A DNA stretch of 64,000 bases, taken from an uncultured Gemmatimonadales bacterium (GTDB lineage Bacteria; Gemmatimonadota; Gemmatimonadetes; Gemmatimonadales; Gemmatimonadaceae). A model generated the notes under the pieces. That model was not told the DNA's origin. It made no database searches and saw only the letters and a list, made by a program, of their open reading frames with translations. Positions 1-10,247 of the stretch are shown piece by piece; position 1 is the stretch's first letter, and every line of letters starts with the position of its first letter. Location of the stretch: contig CAWKMU010000004.1 in assembly GCA_963850905.1 (NCBI GenBank), positions 512,001 to 576,000 of the forward strand. The letters are read 5' to 3'. The position numbers were made by a program, and so were the translations under genes.

Positions 1-1
1 C

Positions 2-301
2 GGCGTTTACCTCTCCGGCTACGCCGACAGCGTTGCGACCCGCGGGTCCGAAGGGTTCGTCGTCGGTGTCCCGGCCGTCGAGAAGGTCATGCGCGACGGC
101 TACTGGAAAACCGGACGCCCAGCCCAAACGCTTCACTTCGAGCACCTCGTGGAGCGCGGACTGTCGCCGGACGTCGCGATCGCCACCGGAGAGTACGTGT
201 TGTCGGGCGGTGGCGAGCCTGAACATACCGGCTGGTTCACAACGGTCTGGAAGCGGACGCCTGCCGGATGGCGCTGCGTGCACGATCACTCGTCGTCGTA
301 A
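2..301 (+). CDS. Nuclear transport factor 2 / DUF4440 (YybH-like) protein, 5'-partial
   Basis: Frame is open from the window edge; C-terminus GWFTTVWKRTPAGWRCVHDHSS is typical of SnoaL/DUF4440 proteins. Confidence 0.75.
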   Translation, partial: GVYLSGYADSVATRGSEGFVVGVPAVEKVMRDGYWKTGRPAQTLHFEHLVERGLSPDVAIATGEYVLSGGGEPEHTGWFTTVWKRTPAGWRCVHDHSSS

Positions 302-317
302 CAAGGGGAAGCCAAAC

Positions 318-1955
318 GTGGCATACTCTCTGACACGCCGACGTCGATGGATCACGCTCGTTGCGCTGCTCGCGCCACACGTCGCGATGCCTCAAACAGC
401 GCCAAGAACCGCGCAGCCTCCCGACGACTGGCCATCGTACAACCGAACGGTCGCCGGCGACCGCTTCTCGCCACTGACGCAGATCAACCGCTCCAACGTG
501 GCCGGCCTCCACACCGTCTGCACGTATACGTTGCCAGAGGTCACGTCACTCCAGACCGGCCCCCTGGTCGTGCAGCGCACGATGTATTTCACGACTGACA
601 CGATCTCCTACGCCGTCGATGCGGCCACTTGCGCCGAGAAGTGGAAGCTGGTCCGGCACAGTGAGACGCCGAGCGGCCTGGCCGTGCACCGCGGCCTGGC
701 CTACCTGAACGGGCGGTTGTTTCGCGGCACGTCCGATGGGCACGTCATTGCCCTGGACACCGCGCACGGCAAGCTGCTCTGGGATCGTGCGATCGAGCCC
801 AGGAGTCCGGGCAGCTCAATGCCAATGGCACCCATCGCCGCGAAGGGCCTCGTGTACATCGGTAACGCGGGCGGTGACCTGGTCGGCGTCACTGGGCGCG
901 TGTTCGCGCTCGACGCAGCGGACGGGCACATTGTGTGGACGTTCGACGTGGTCCCCGACACGGGATTCGCGCGAAGGACCTGGACCAACTCGGCGCTGCC
1001 GGTATCCGGCGGCGCGTTCTGGACGTCGTTCACGCTCGACACGCGTAACGGCGTGCTGTACGTGCCGGCGGGCAATCCCGCGCCCGACTTCGACGTCGGC
1101 CGCCGCACAGGCGACAACCTCTACGCCAACTCGGTTATCGCGCTGAACGCGACCACCGGACACCTGCTCGGCTACAACCAGCTGGTCAAGCACGACAATC
1201 ACGACTGGGACGTCGACAGTCCGCCGACACTGGTCACGACCACGGCAGGCCGCGCGATCGTGGCCTCGGCGAATAAGGATGGTCTGCTGTCGGTGCTCGA
1301 CCGCTCGCGCCTCGCCGGGCGCAGCGTTGGAGCGGCCAAGCCGAATGCTGCGACCGCTCTGCCCCTGGTCTGGCAGATGCCGACCACGACACGCACCAAC
1401 GTCGACGCACCACTCTCGCGCGACAGCGCCGTGCACTTCTGCCCCGGGATGGTCGGTGGGGTCGAGTGGAACGGAGCCGCGTACAACCCAATGACGAATA
1501 CGCTGTTCGTCGGGGCGGTCGACTGGTGCGCGAGCGTGCAGCTTGTACGCGATTCGACCGCGATTCCGCATGCTGGTGCAGCGTGGTTCGCAGCGGAGAA
1601 TCAGGAGCACATGCTCGATTCGTCGGACCGGGCCAAAGGCTGGGTGACGGCGTTCGACGCCGATAAAGGGACCGTGCGGTGGAAGTATGCAGCGCCACAT
1701 CCGATTCTGGCCGGCGTCACGCCGACGGCCGGCGGCCTGGTATTCACCGCGGACCTCGGCGGTCAACTCTATGCGTTCGATGCCGAGAGTGGTCACGTCC
1801 TCTGGGAATCCAGCACCGGCCAGTCGACGGGCGGGGGCATCATTTCGTATGCCGTGGCTGGACGCCAACTCTTGGCCGTCGCAGCAGGCATGAAATCGCC
1901 CGTGTGGCCCGGCGGCGCCAACCAGAGCCGCATGCTGGTGCTTGGGTTGCGCTAA
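318..1955 (+). CDS. Secreted PQQ-dependent dehydrogenase family (beta-propeller) protein
   Basis: DWPSYNR..GDRFSPLTQIN start, repeated A.D..TG...W propeller motifs, GNPAPD, HDNHDWD, CPG..GGVEW; GTG at 318 follows AAGGGG and a signal-like N-terminus. Confidence 0.85.
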   Translation: MAYSLTRRRRWITLVALLAPHVAMPQTAPRTAQPPDDWPSYNRTVAGDRFSPLTQINRSNVAGLHTVCTYTLPEVTSLQTGPLVVQRTMYFTTDTISYAVDAATCAEKWKLVRHSETPSGLAVHRGLAYLNGRLFRGTSDGHVIALDTAHGKLLWDRAIEPRSPGSSMPMAPIAAKGLVYIGNAGGDLVGVTGRVFALDAADGHIVWTFDVVPDTGFARRTWTNSALPVSGGAFWTSFTLDTRNGVLYVPAGNPAPDFDVGRRTGDNLYANSVIALNATTGHLLGYNQLVKHDNHDWDVDSPPTLVTTTAGRAIVASANKDGLLSVLDRSRLAGRSVGAAKPNAATALPLVWQMPTTTRTNVDAPLSRDSAVHFCPGMVGGVEWNGAAYNPMTNTLFVGAVDWCASVQLVRDSTAIPHAGAAWFAAENQEHMLDSSDRAKGWVTAFDADKGTVRWKYAAPHPILAGVTPTAGGLVFTADLGGQLYAFDAESGHVLWESSTGQSTGGGIISYAVAGRQLLAVAAGMKSPVWPGGANQSRMLVLGLR

Positions 1956-1957
1956 GA

Positions 1958-1982
1958 GCTAGACGCTGGACGAGCGTCTAGC
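1958..1982. terminator. 10-bp stem hairpin at a convergent gene junction
   Basis: GCTAGACGCT-ggacg-AGCGTCTAGC is a perfect inverted repeat between the convergent PQQ and CPBP genes; its arms are heptamer-repeat units. Confidence 0.55.
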
Positions 1983-2897
1983 CTCTATCCCCATTTGGAA
2001 CCGCAAAGGCTCCCACTGCCCTCGCCAAATTGTAGCGGCCAGCAACACGAGCGAAGCGGCCAAACACACGCCGACCGCGGCGACCGAAGCCTCGGGCCCG
2101 AACGCGCCGCCAGTCCAGAGCACATCGCCTGACAGCGTGCTCGAGACGAGGCCATGGGCGGCGTTGCCGGACACCGCGGCGCCAAAGACACCGCCCTCCA
2201 TGAAGTTCCACCCAAAATGCAAGCCGATAGGTAGCCACAGCGAACGGGTCGCTGTGTATGCGACGGCCAGCAGGATGCCAGCCTCCAACGCGATCGCGAC
2301 CGTGCTCACAGTCGACGCGCCGTGGTTGAAACCGTGGAGAATCCCGAAGAGGGCCGCCGAAAAAACGAGCGCGACAAGGGTGCCGAACCCTTCCTCCACA
2401 ATGCGGAACACTGCGCCACGAAACACGATCTCCTCGCCGACGGCAGCGACCAGTGAGACGGCAATGGCATGCCCGAGGTACGTGGTGCCAGCATACGCTC
2501 CGAATTGGGCGACACCCTTCCATGCGAGCACCAGCTCGACCGCAGTGAACAGCGCCATGCCACCGAGGACACCTGACAGGGCTAGTCTGGCCGCATGCCT
2601 CCGTCCCAGCTCCTGAGCCGTGCGCCTTTCGATCGACCGCACGAGCAGGCGATACGCCCCGATCATGACCGCCCCGACGCCCATCGCACACACGACGGCC
2701 AAGGCGCCGCCCCAGGGAGCTGACGACACCCGGCGGAGCAACCCAAAGGCCATCTGGCACACAACGTCCACCGCGAGGAGCGTGACAAAGAACACCAGGA
2801 GTCTGACAGGCATCGATCGCATCACCCGCCAACGATCGACGTGCTGCCCGCCCGAACGCCTTTCGGGTGGCATGAGTTGCTGCAGCTCAGAGTTCAT
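1959..2897 (-). CDS. CPBP (CAAX/Abi) family intramembrane glutamic endopeptidase
   Basis: GEEIVFRG, FGILH and HFGWNF motifs with multiple TM segments; start placed at MNSELQ just downstream of the M1 peptidase stop. Confidence 0.9.
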   Translation of the reverse strand: MNSELQQLMPPERRSGGQHVDRWRVMRSMPVRLLVFFVTLLAVDVVCQMAFGLLRRVSSAPWGGALAVVCAMGVGAVMIGAYRLLVRSIERRTAQELGRRHAARLALSGVLGGMALFTAVELVLAWKGVAQFGAYAGTTYLGHAIAVSLVAAVGEEIVFRGAVFRIVEEGFGTLVALVFSAALFGILHGFNHGASTVSTVAIALEAGILLAVAYTATRSLWLPIGLHFGWNFMEGGVFGAAVSGNAAHGLVSSTLSGDVLWTGGAFGPEASVAAVGVCLAASLVLLAATIWRGQWEPLRFQMGIEARRSSSV

Positions 2898-2905
2898 CGG
2901 TGCCC

Positions 2906-4864
2906 TCACCGTTTTTCCCTCAGCAACGCGTCGATGCTGTTCGCCTGCTCCGGGGCGGCGGCGGCAATCCCCATTGTCTTCTTGAGCCAGTCCGCGTAGG
3001 CCTCCCGGTCGTTCGCTTGCACCACCAGAGCGAGGCCGAGCGCGAGGCCGCGCGTGCGTACCTGCACACGCGACTCCTGGTCTCGGGTCATGCGCAGCAC
3101 AGCCTGGAGAGCCTCCGCCGCCGGCACCTGGCCCGTGGTCGTCAGCTCTTCGAGGTCGGCCGCCAGAGCCAGACGCTCGGGTTCCTGCAGCTGGCGATAC
3201 CCTGTCATCATCAGATTGTCGAGGAGATTCCCGGTCAACAGCGACCCGTAGTAGCCGCTGCCGTATGCGTTTGGCCAGACCCACGACGGCGATCCGGAGA
3301 GAGGCAGCTCGGCGTGTGACGTGCTGACGACTTCGCAGCGGCGCGGAGCGGTCTCGACATGCAGGCACACAGGGACCGGCCACGGATTGGCGCCCTGGTC
3401 GACGGCAAGGGTTGCTCCTCCCGATCCCGATGCAAGTGAGAATCTCAGCACGGGCGCGCCCGGTCGATCGAGAAAGGCGAAGAGAACCGGTCCGACGTCG
3501 ACGCCCGTCTCTTGCTTGATCGCGGCAGCGAGGTCGCCGGAGGTTGCGTTCCCGAACCGGTGGTCGATCAGGTAGCGGTGCAACGCCCGTTGGAATGGCT
3601 CCGCGCCCACCCAGTCCTCGAGCATCTCGAGGATGCTGGCTCCTTTGATGTAGACGACCACGTGATAGACGGGGTCCGCTTCCTCACGGGAATGGATCTC
3701 GACCCGCACCGGTCGCTCGCCGGCCGTATCCCGTATCATCATCGCATCGCGCGTATCGGTGATGCTGAGGTGGCGCTCGAATTCGGGTAGCTCCATGTCG
3801 GAGATCTTGGCTTCGAGCCACGTGGCAAACCCTTCGCTGAGCCACACGTCGTTCCACCACGCCTGCGTGACGAGGTTGCCGAACCACTGGTGGGCCATCT
3901 CGTGCGTCATGGTCGATCGCATAGCCTCCTGCCGTTCCTGCGTATCCTGATCCGGCGGCGCCAGGAGGAGTTCGGCTCGATAGGTGATCAGCCCAGGGTT
4001 CTCCGTGGCTCCGAAGGGCATATCTAGAACCGCGATGTGGTCGAGCTTGTCCCAGGGATACGGGATGCCCGTGTACTGCTCCAATCGCGCGAGGATCGGC
4101 GCCGTCGCTATGCGCGCGGCTACTGCCTCGCCACCACGTCCGCGCGGCGCGATGATCCGCACGGGAATCTGTTTCTGGCCCGCCACGCCGGCGTCGACGA
4201 CATCGAACGGGCCGACCGCGAACGCGACGACTTCCGAGGCAAGCGGCTGGGTGGGTGCGAACTGGACGCGCTTCATGTCGTCCGGCTCATCCCGGCTGGA
4301 GACCATCGGTGCATTCGCCACCGCCACCTGGTCGCGCTTCACGTGCATGACGAGCTCCCACGGCGCCTTGTAGCCCGGCTCGTCAAAACAAGGGAACGCG
4401 CGCCGAGCATCGATCGGCGTGAAGGAGGTGTAGACGTACCAGTCGGCCCCGGACTTCTTGCGGTACGCCCCCACGTTGGACGTATCGGACAACGTACCGC
4501 TGTACTGGATGGCGATCTCCAGCGGACCGGGTCCGGCACGCATGGGGAGGTCCACCGCCAGGAACTCCCCACCGAGGCGCCACCGGGCCGCTCTCGTCCG
4601 GTTCGCGGCCTTCACGTCGACGCGCTGGATCTGGAGGTCCTTGGCATTGAGCCACACGACGGTGGTGCTCGTGGTCAGCTCGACTTCGATGACCTCGGAG
4701 CCCCGAAAGGTCGGCTGGTCCGGCAGGATTGTGAGGTCCAGACCGTAGTGGGTCGGGTGTGCCGAGTGCGGCAGGCGAAAGTCCGGGGCACTCTGCTGCG
4801 CGCCGAGGAGCGCGGTGGCACTGAGCAGAGCGAGAGTGGAGACGCAGACCGACACCGTCCGCAC
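2906..4864 (-). CDS. Secreted M1 family aminopeptidase
   Basis: ARRAFPCFDEP, GATEN (GAMEN variant), HEMAH-x18-E and VYIKG motifs; signal peptide; start uncertain (GTG 4864 preferred because ATG 4897 lies inside a REP). Confidence 0.9.
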   Translation of the reverse strand: MRTVSVCVSTLALLSATALLGAQQSAPDFRLPHSAHPTHYGLDLTILPDQPTFRGSEVIEVELTTSTTVVWLNAKDLQIQRVDVKAANRTRAARWRLGGEFLAVDLPMRAGPGPLEIAIQYSGTLSDTSNVGAYRKKSGADWYVYTSFTPIDARRAFPCFDEPGYKAPWELVMHVKRDQVAVANAPMVSSRDEPDDMKRVQFAPTQPLASEVVAFAVGPFDVVDAGVAGQKQIPVRIIAPRGRGGEAVAARIATAPILARLEQYTGIPYPWDKLDHIAVLDMPFGATENPGLITYRAELLLAPPDQDTQERQEAMRSTMTHEMAHQWFGNLVTQAWWNDVWLSEGFATWLEAKISDMELPEFERHLSITDTRDAMMIRDTAGERPVRVEIHSREEADPVYHVVVYIKGASILEMLEDWVGAEPFQRALHRYLIDHRFGNATSGDLAAAIKQETGVDVGPVLFAFLDRPGAPVLRFSLASGSGGATLAVDQGANPWPVPVCLHVETAPRRCEVVSTSHAELPLSGSPSWVWPNAYGSGYYGSLLTGNLLDNLMMTGYRQLQEPERLALAADLEELTTTGQVPAAEALQAVLRMTRDQESRVQVRTRGLALGLALVVQANDREAYADWLKKTMGIAAAAPEQANSIDALLREKR

Positions 4865-4882
4865 GATCTCACTGATGGGCGG

Positions 4883-4907
4883 GTAGGGGCGACGCATTGC
4901 GTCGCCC
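4883..4907 (+). repeat. GTAG-type REP palindrome, copy 1
   Basis: GTAG + GGGCGACGCA-t-TGCGTCGCCC. Confidence 0.8.
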
Positions 4908-5071
4908 AGCAGGGCGGCCGAGCAGGTGAGCGGCCGGGATAGGCGGAGTAGCGGCATGGCATACAATAACTCCGTCCGCAACCGGACGGCCCCTGAATTC
5001 CGCCTCATAGGACAGCGGTTGTTGGCGCGATGACGTAGCGCCAGGAGATAGCCGCCGCTACGATACCGCCC

Positions 5072-6461
5072 ATGTGTGCGGGTGGCGCGCCTCGCGACGG
5101 CCAGGACCTCGGCGGGCATCTCGCAATCGTCGACGGCCATCTGTGGGTCGAACAGTGCGATGTCGTGGCGCTGGCCGAGCGGTTCGGCACACCACTCTAC
5201 GTCATTTCGGAAGGGCAACTACGTGCGAACGCCCGCGCGCTGCGTCAGGCCTTTGGGCGGCGCTGGACGTACGGACCGGTGGAGCTCTTGGCGTCGCTCA
5301 AGGCCAACTATGTGATCGCAGTTCGCCGGCTGCTCAACGAGGAAGGTCTGGGCTGCGACGTGTTCGGGAGCAACGAGCTCCAGACCGCGCTGCGGGCCGG
5401 AGTCCCAGCCGCTCGCATCTCGGTCAACGGATCGGCGAAAAGCGACCGGTTGCTGCGCTCGGCCGTGACCGAAGGCGCCACGATCACTCTGGATAGCGAA
5501 CGCGAGCTCGACGCGCTGCTCGTCGATCACGTCGGCGCTGAACAAGAAAGCCCGCATCCGGCTCCGTCTCCGTCCGGACTATCCCGCCCTGACCGAGCCG
5601 TCGGATTTCTTCCCGGGCATGCCGATTCGAGACGCAGCGCAACTGTACAAACCTGGAATCGAGCCGACGGCCGCGGATGCCCTCGGACGCCGAGCGCTCT
5701 CGGACGAAGGCATCGAGCTCACCGGCCTGATGACGCACCTCGGCCGACACAGCGCCGATCCCGCAGTCTGGGCCAAGATGGCCGAGGGATTTGGAGCCCT
5801 CGTTGCTCGGCTCTGCCAATCGTGGGCGCCGTGGAGGCCGCGAGAGCTGGATATCGGCGGCGGATTACCGGCCCCGCGGGACCCCACGCATCCTGAGCGC
5901 CGCCCAGCCGCGGCGATCGACCGTTACGCCGAAGCCATGACGGGCGCGCTCGGCGCAGCTCTGGTCGCGGGCGGAATCGAGCCCGACGGAATTCTGCTAC
6001 AGGTCGAACCCGGCCGGAGCCTCTTCGCGGATGCGGGCATGCACCTGAGTCGGGTCGTCCACGTGAAGACGCAGGCCAGACCTGTGCCGACGACGTGGGT
6101 CGAGGTGGACACGACGGAGATGTTCATGCCCGATCTCCTGATCGAGCACGCGCACTTCAAGCCCGTGTTCGCGACGAGAATGGCCGCGACTCCCGTGGGG
6201 GTGGCGCACATCGTCGGAATCTCCTGCGGTTTCGACTTGCTTGCCCGCAATGTCCCCGCACCCCAGGTCGAGGCGGGGGATGTCATCGCATTTCTCGACA
6301 CGGGCGCGTACCAGGATGCCGCGGCGGCCAACTTCAATGTGTTGGGCCGTCCGGGTACCGTCCTCGTGAACGGCAATCGAGTGCGCCTGGTCAAGCGCCA
6401 CGAGACGCTCGACGATGTCCTCCGACGTGATACACCCGAAGCGGCGGCGGTCGTTCTGTGA
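5072..6461 (+). pseudogene. Diaminopimelate-decarboxylase-like (fold III PLP) enzyme, split by a +1 frameshift near 5520
   Basis: FGTPLYV and SLKAN (PLP Lys) in frame A; ARIRLRLRP, DIGGG, EPGRSL and GAY in frame B; removing one base near 5520 joins them; possibly a sequencing error. Confidence 0.8.
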
Positions 6462-6904
6462 CCAGGCTGCACCACGTCGGCCTCGCCGTCTCTGATCTCG
6501 AAATATCGATCGAGTTCTACTGTGCAGTGCTCGGCTGTGTGATTCGCGAGCGATCGCAGAGTGACGGGCCGGAGATCGAGACCCTGACTGGCGTGGCCGG
6601 TGCCCGCATCCTTACAGCGGATCTCGAGCTGGAGAGCGGCGAAGTCCTGGAGCTGATTCAATATCTCGTGCCGAAGACGGGCATACTGGCGCAACTCAGA
6701 CACCAGCCGGGACACACCCACATCGGATTCGTGGTCGACGACGTGGATGCGGTCTATGACCGGTTGACCGCACATGGATCGGTCCCGAGCTCGCGACCAG
6801 TCACGATCAACGAGCCGGGATCGGCGTGGGACGGCGTTCGGGCGATCTATGCCTGCGATCCGGATGGGCGCACGGTCGAATGTCTCGAGCTCCCTGACCG
6901 GTAG
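6458..6904 (+). CDS. VOC/glyoxalase family protein
   Basis: LHHVGLAVSD, LELIQY, HIGFVVDDVD and DPDG..VE motifs; GTGA overlap with the upstream stop. Confidence 0.9.
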   Translation: MTRLHHVGLAVSDLEISIEFYCAVLGCVIRERSQSDGPEIETLTGVAGARILTADLELESGEVLELIQYLVPKTGILAQLRHQPGHTHIGFVVDDVDAVYDRLTAHGSVPSSRPVTINEPGSAWDGVRAIYACDPDGRTVECLELPDR

Positions 6905-8316
6905 AAGAAAGTCGCGCCCAGCATCAGCAAGGCCAGCGTGCCGACGACCATCTTCGTCTCGAATACCCACGCCGGCTCACCCCGCCCGGGCGGCACGAAG
7001 GCGACAACGGTGCCGAGGCCGGTGACGACCAAGCCAACAGCGCCGGCGGCCAACAGCGTCGCCCGGGAATAGCGGACTCGCCTGAAATCTGGCCGGCCAG
7101 CGAGACGGAGGAGCGCGGCGAAGATGTACAGAAACGGGATGAGCTGCACGACGATGGCCAGCAGCAGCAGGATCCTGTAGCCCTCCTGCACGGTCGAGCC
7201 AACAAAGCCCATCACCAGCACCGCGCACGACACCGCGCCCTGTACGAGGAGCGCAACGTGTGGCGTCGCAAACCGCGGGTGCAGACGACCGAGCACTGGC
7301 GGCAGATAATGGTCGAGCCCTGCGACGAACGGGATCCGGGCGGATCCCGCGACCCACGCGGACGTCGTCCCCGCGACCGCGACGGTGAGGATCAAGGCGA
7401 GCGGAGCGACCATCCAGGCCACGCCGACTGCGCCTGCCATGCGATCCGCCGCCTGCATGATTCCCTGCACCGCACCGATCTCCTGGACCGGCATCGCGAG
7501 GATGACGGCGAGAGTGACGGCGACGTAGAGTGTCGCGGCTATGATCCCGCCCCAGATGACCGCCCGGGGCAGGCTGCGGCGGGGGTCCTTGATCTCATCG
7601 CCCATGACGGATGCGAGCTCGAGACCCGTAAGCGAGTTGCACACGACCGCGAACACACCAGCGAGGCGCCAGTCGAAGGCTGAAACTCGGAAATCGCTTG
7701 GCCGAAGATGGACTCCCTGCGAGTGTGGCACAGCGATCGCCAGGCCCACCAGCAGCAGGGCCGCGATGACCGATCCGATGCCGCCGAGGTTGTTGAACCA
7801 TTTGCCAATGTTGACGCCGAGGATGTTGGCGGCGGTCATGATGCCCAGGACGGCGACTGCCGTGACCGAGACAAAGTGTTTGTCGTCGCCGAGCGAGTAC
7901 CGCGTCGGCCCGGCCATGAACACCGAGATCCCAACGACGGATAGGACCAGCGTCGGGATGTAGAACATGTTGTTGGTCCAGTAGCACCACCCGGACATGA
8001 AGCCGTGAAAGTTGCCAAAGGTCTCTTTCGTCCAGAGATACACGCCCCCTTCGTGGGGGTATCGCTGGGACAACTCCACGACGGCGAGGCCTTGTGGCAG
8101 GAAGAAAAGCACCAGCCCCAGTGCCCACATCCAGACTGTGACGGGGCCGCTGGCCGCGATGACTGGCACATTGTTGATGTTGACGACCGCGACCACGAAC
8201 AGAAAGACGAGATCCCACTGGCCCAACGCGCGCCGCAAGTGAACGGCCGGGGCGTCGCAGACCACGGGTGCCGCCTCGACGGCAACCGCACGCTGGACCC
8301 CTTCGGCCACACTCAT
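6847..8316 (-). CDS. APC family amino acid permease
   Basis: LRRALG, ELSQRYPHEGGVY, GLELAS..GDEIKDPRR and LHPRFATP motifs; about 12 TM segments; alternative start 8370. Confidence 0.9.
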   Translation of the reverse strand: MSVAEGVQRAVAVEAAPVVCDAPAVHLRRALGQWDLVFLFVVAVVNINNVPVIAASGPVTVWMWALGLVLFFLPQGLAVVELSQRYPHEGGVYLWTKETFGNFHGFMSGWCYWTNNMFYIPTLVLSVVGISVFMAGPTRYSLGDDKHFVSVTAVAVLGIMTAANILGVNIGKWFNNLGGIGSVIAALLLVGLAIAVPHSQGVHLRPSDFRVSAFDWRLAGVFAVVCNSLTGLELASVMGDEIKDPRRSLPRAVIWGGIIAATLYVAVTLAVILAMPVQEIGAVQGIMQAADRMAGAVGVAWMVAPLALILTVAVAGTTSAWVAGSARIPFVAGLDHYLPPVLGRLHPRFATPHVALLVQGAVSCAVLVMGFVGSTVQEGYRILLLLAIVVQLIPFLYIFAALLRLAGRPDFRRVRYSRATLLAAGAVGLVVTGLGTVVAFVPPGRGEPAWVFETKMVVGTLALLMLGATFFYRSGSSRHSTVRPSGSQA

Positions 8317-8366
8317 GGCGCCGCGTCCTGGGTGCGCTGGGGAGCGCCCGCGATGCTCATGGGCGC

Positions 8367-9485
8367 TCATCCTGAGGTTCGACGCAGGAGTGCAAGCAGG
8401 AGCTCTACGAGAATCAATATCACAATCACGATCTCGAGAAGCTCTGCGCGCGCCGCTTGGGCTTCGCTGTTCAACATGGCGTACGTCTCGCGCAGGATGG
8501 CGAGCTTCCGGTCAATGCCGCGGCGCCACGCCTGCGCACGAAATAGATCGAGGGCAGCCGCGTAGATGCGCGCCAGGTATACGTCATTCGTGACCTTGAG
8601 TGAATTCTCGACCCGCTCGACGGTTTCGGTGACGTCGGCGACCCGGGTCTGCAGGTCGGAGAGCACGGCCCGGAAGCGGCCGGCAAGTCGTGGGCTGCGT
8701 CGTGCACGGGCAGCTTCCGCACGGTCGTACAGGGCGGGAAGATCGGCGTCGAGCTGCTGGTCATACACGCGCAGCTCCAGAAGCTGGGCGTTCGCAAACT
8801 CGAGGATGTACTCGACGTCGCGATCGTCGACCCGGGGCTCGACGACCAGCGCACTTTCCCAGGTCAGCACCGTCAGATCGTCGTCGTAGTACGAAAAGCG
8901 GTGCGGAATGAGCTCACGCCGGGCCGCGCTCGAGAGGCGCTGTCGCTCGCCGATGACGAGTGCCGCGATTTCCTCGTCGGTGAGTATATCGGCAATCGGC
9001 ACGGGGACCGGGCGCCCATCGGCGTCTGTCGATGGACCGTTGAAGCTGACGCGATCGACCCGATAGACCTTGTACTCCTCGGCCAGGGGTGCGATCGCCG
9101 GGCGCTCGACAGCAGGCGCAATGCGGGCGGCCAGTTCCCGGACCTCGCGATCGAACACCACCGCGAGGTCGGCCGCGCCTTCGATCGCCGCGCAGGCCTC
9201 GGTGAACGCCGACCACGTCAGGCCGGTCGCCGCAGGGATGCATACCTGCAACGAGCAGACGCCGAAATCGAAGAGATGCGCGGTAATCGTCGCCCGTCGC
9301 AGCGAGCCGCCGACCGCGAGGTCGAAGGTGCTCAGTGTCGCGAGGAGGGGCGGGTTGCGGATCTCGATCGCGCGAGCTTCCAGGCGCGATGGGCGAATCC
9401 GGCCGCGTATGCTGGCGCCCAACAGTTCCGCCGCGCGATCCAGACCAATGGTGTACCCAATGTCATAGAGGCGGTACACCGTCAC
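8367..9485 (-). CDS. Conserved hypothetical protein with C-terminal TM helix (RMD1/DUF155-like)
   Basis: LEFANAQLLELRVYD, ERVENSLKVTNDVYLARIY and a C-terminal LEIVIVILILVE helix. Confidence 0.65.
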   Translation of the reverse strand: MTVYRLYDIGYTIGLDRAAELLGASIRGRIRPSRLEARAIEIRNPPLLATLSTFDLAVGGSLRRATITAHLFDFGVCSLQVCIPAATGLTWSAFTEACAAIEGAADLAVVFDREVRELAARIAPAVERPAIAPLAEEYKVYRVDRVSFNGPSTDADGRPVPVPIADILTDEEIAALVIGERQRLSSAARRELIPHRFSYYDDDLTVLTWESALVVEPRVDDRDVEYILEFANAQLLELRVYDQQLDADLPALYDRAEAARARRSPRLAGRFRAVLSDLQTRVADVTETVERVENSLKVTNDVYLARIYAAALDLFRAQAWRRGIDRKLAILRETYAMLNSEAQAARAELLEIVIVILILVELLLALLRRTSG

Positions 9486-9651
9486 ACTACCGTCTACGTG
9501 GATGTCGTAGCTCAGGTCGGCTCCATGGCAACGAAAACCGCCGGCGCTCGCTTCGCACCGATTGTCTTACCACACTTTACCCCACGCACAGTATACGTTG
9601 GGACACTCATGACCACGATGCATAACCCACGGACGAGGGTCGGAGCTGAAC

Positions 9652-10080
9652 ATGAAAAAGGCCGTCCCGGCGGAATCCGCCTCCGCATTGATCGACGAGA
9701 GGATCAAGGAACTTGGGGATTGGCGCGGGCAATCGCTTGCGAAAGTGCGCGCAATCATCCACGCGGCAGATCCTGAAATCGTGGAAGAGTGGAAGTGGAT
9801 GGGCACTCCCATCTTTTCCCACGCCGGCATCATCTGCACGGGAGAGACGTACAAGAACGTCGTCAAGCTGACATTCGCCAAGGGAGCTGCGTTGAAAGAC
9901 CCGTCAGGCCTGTTCAATTCCAGCCTCGACGGGAATGTCAGGCGCGCCATCGACATCCGCCAAGACGACAGGATCGATGCGCCGGCTTTGAAGAATCTCA
10001 TCCGCGCTGCGGTGGCGCTCAATCTCGAGGGCAAAAGCAAGCCGAAGCCGCGCCGAACGAGCAGTAAGCGCGCCGGCTAG
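9652..10080 (+). CDS. DUF1801 domain protein
   Basis: DWRG..LA.VR..I, EEWKW.GTP and LFNSSLDGNVRRAID; GGAG RBS. Confidence 0.85.
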   Translation: MKKAVPAESASALIDERIKELGDWRGQSLAKVRAIIHAADPEIVEEWKWMGTPIFSHAGIICTGETYKNVVKLTFAKGAALKDPSGLFNSSLDGNVRRAIDIRQDDRIDAPALKNLIRAAVALNLEGKSKPKPRRTSSKRAG

Positions 10081-10247
10081 CGCCATCGAGAACCGCGGCC
10101 CCGATCGAGCCGTTCCTGCTGGCCGGCGTCGTACCCACCATCCGCCCCGGGGTCTGACAGGCTGCGGCCTGGTGAAATCCTGTGGGTTTCGCGTGATTTG
10201 GTGATCCGGATTATCAGAACGGTGCGCCGTGAGCCAACACTTCGGTG

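Noticed and set aside
4910..5071. Lysine or other riboswitch upstream of the LysA-like gene
   Set aside because: Only short hairpins are present, with no recognisable aptamer consensus
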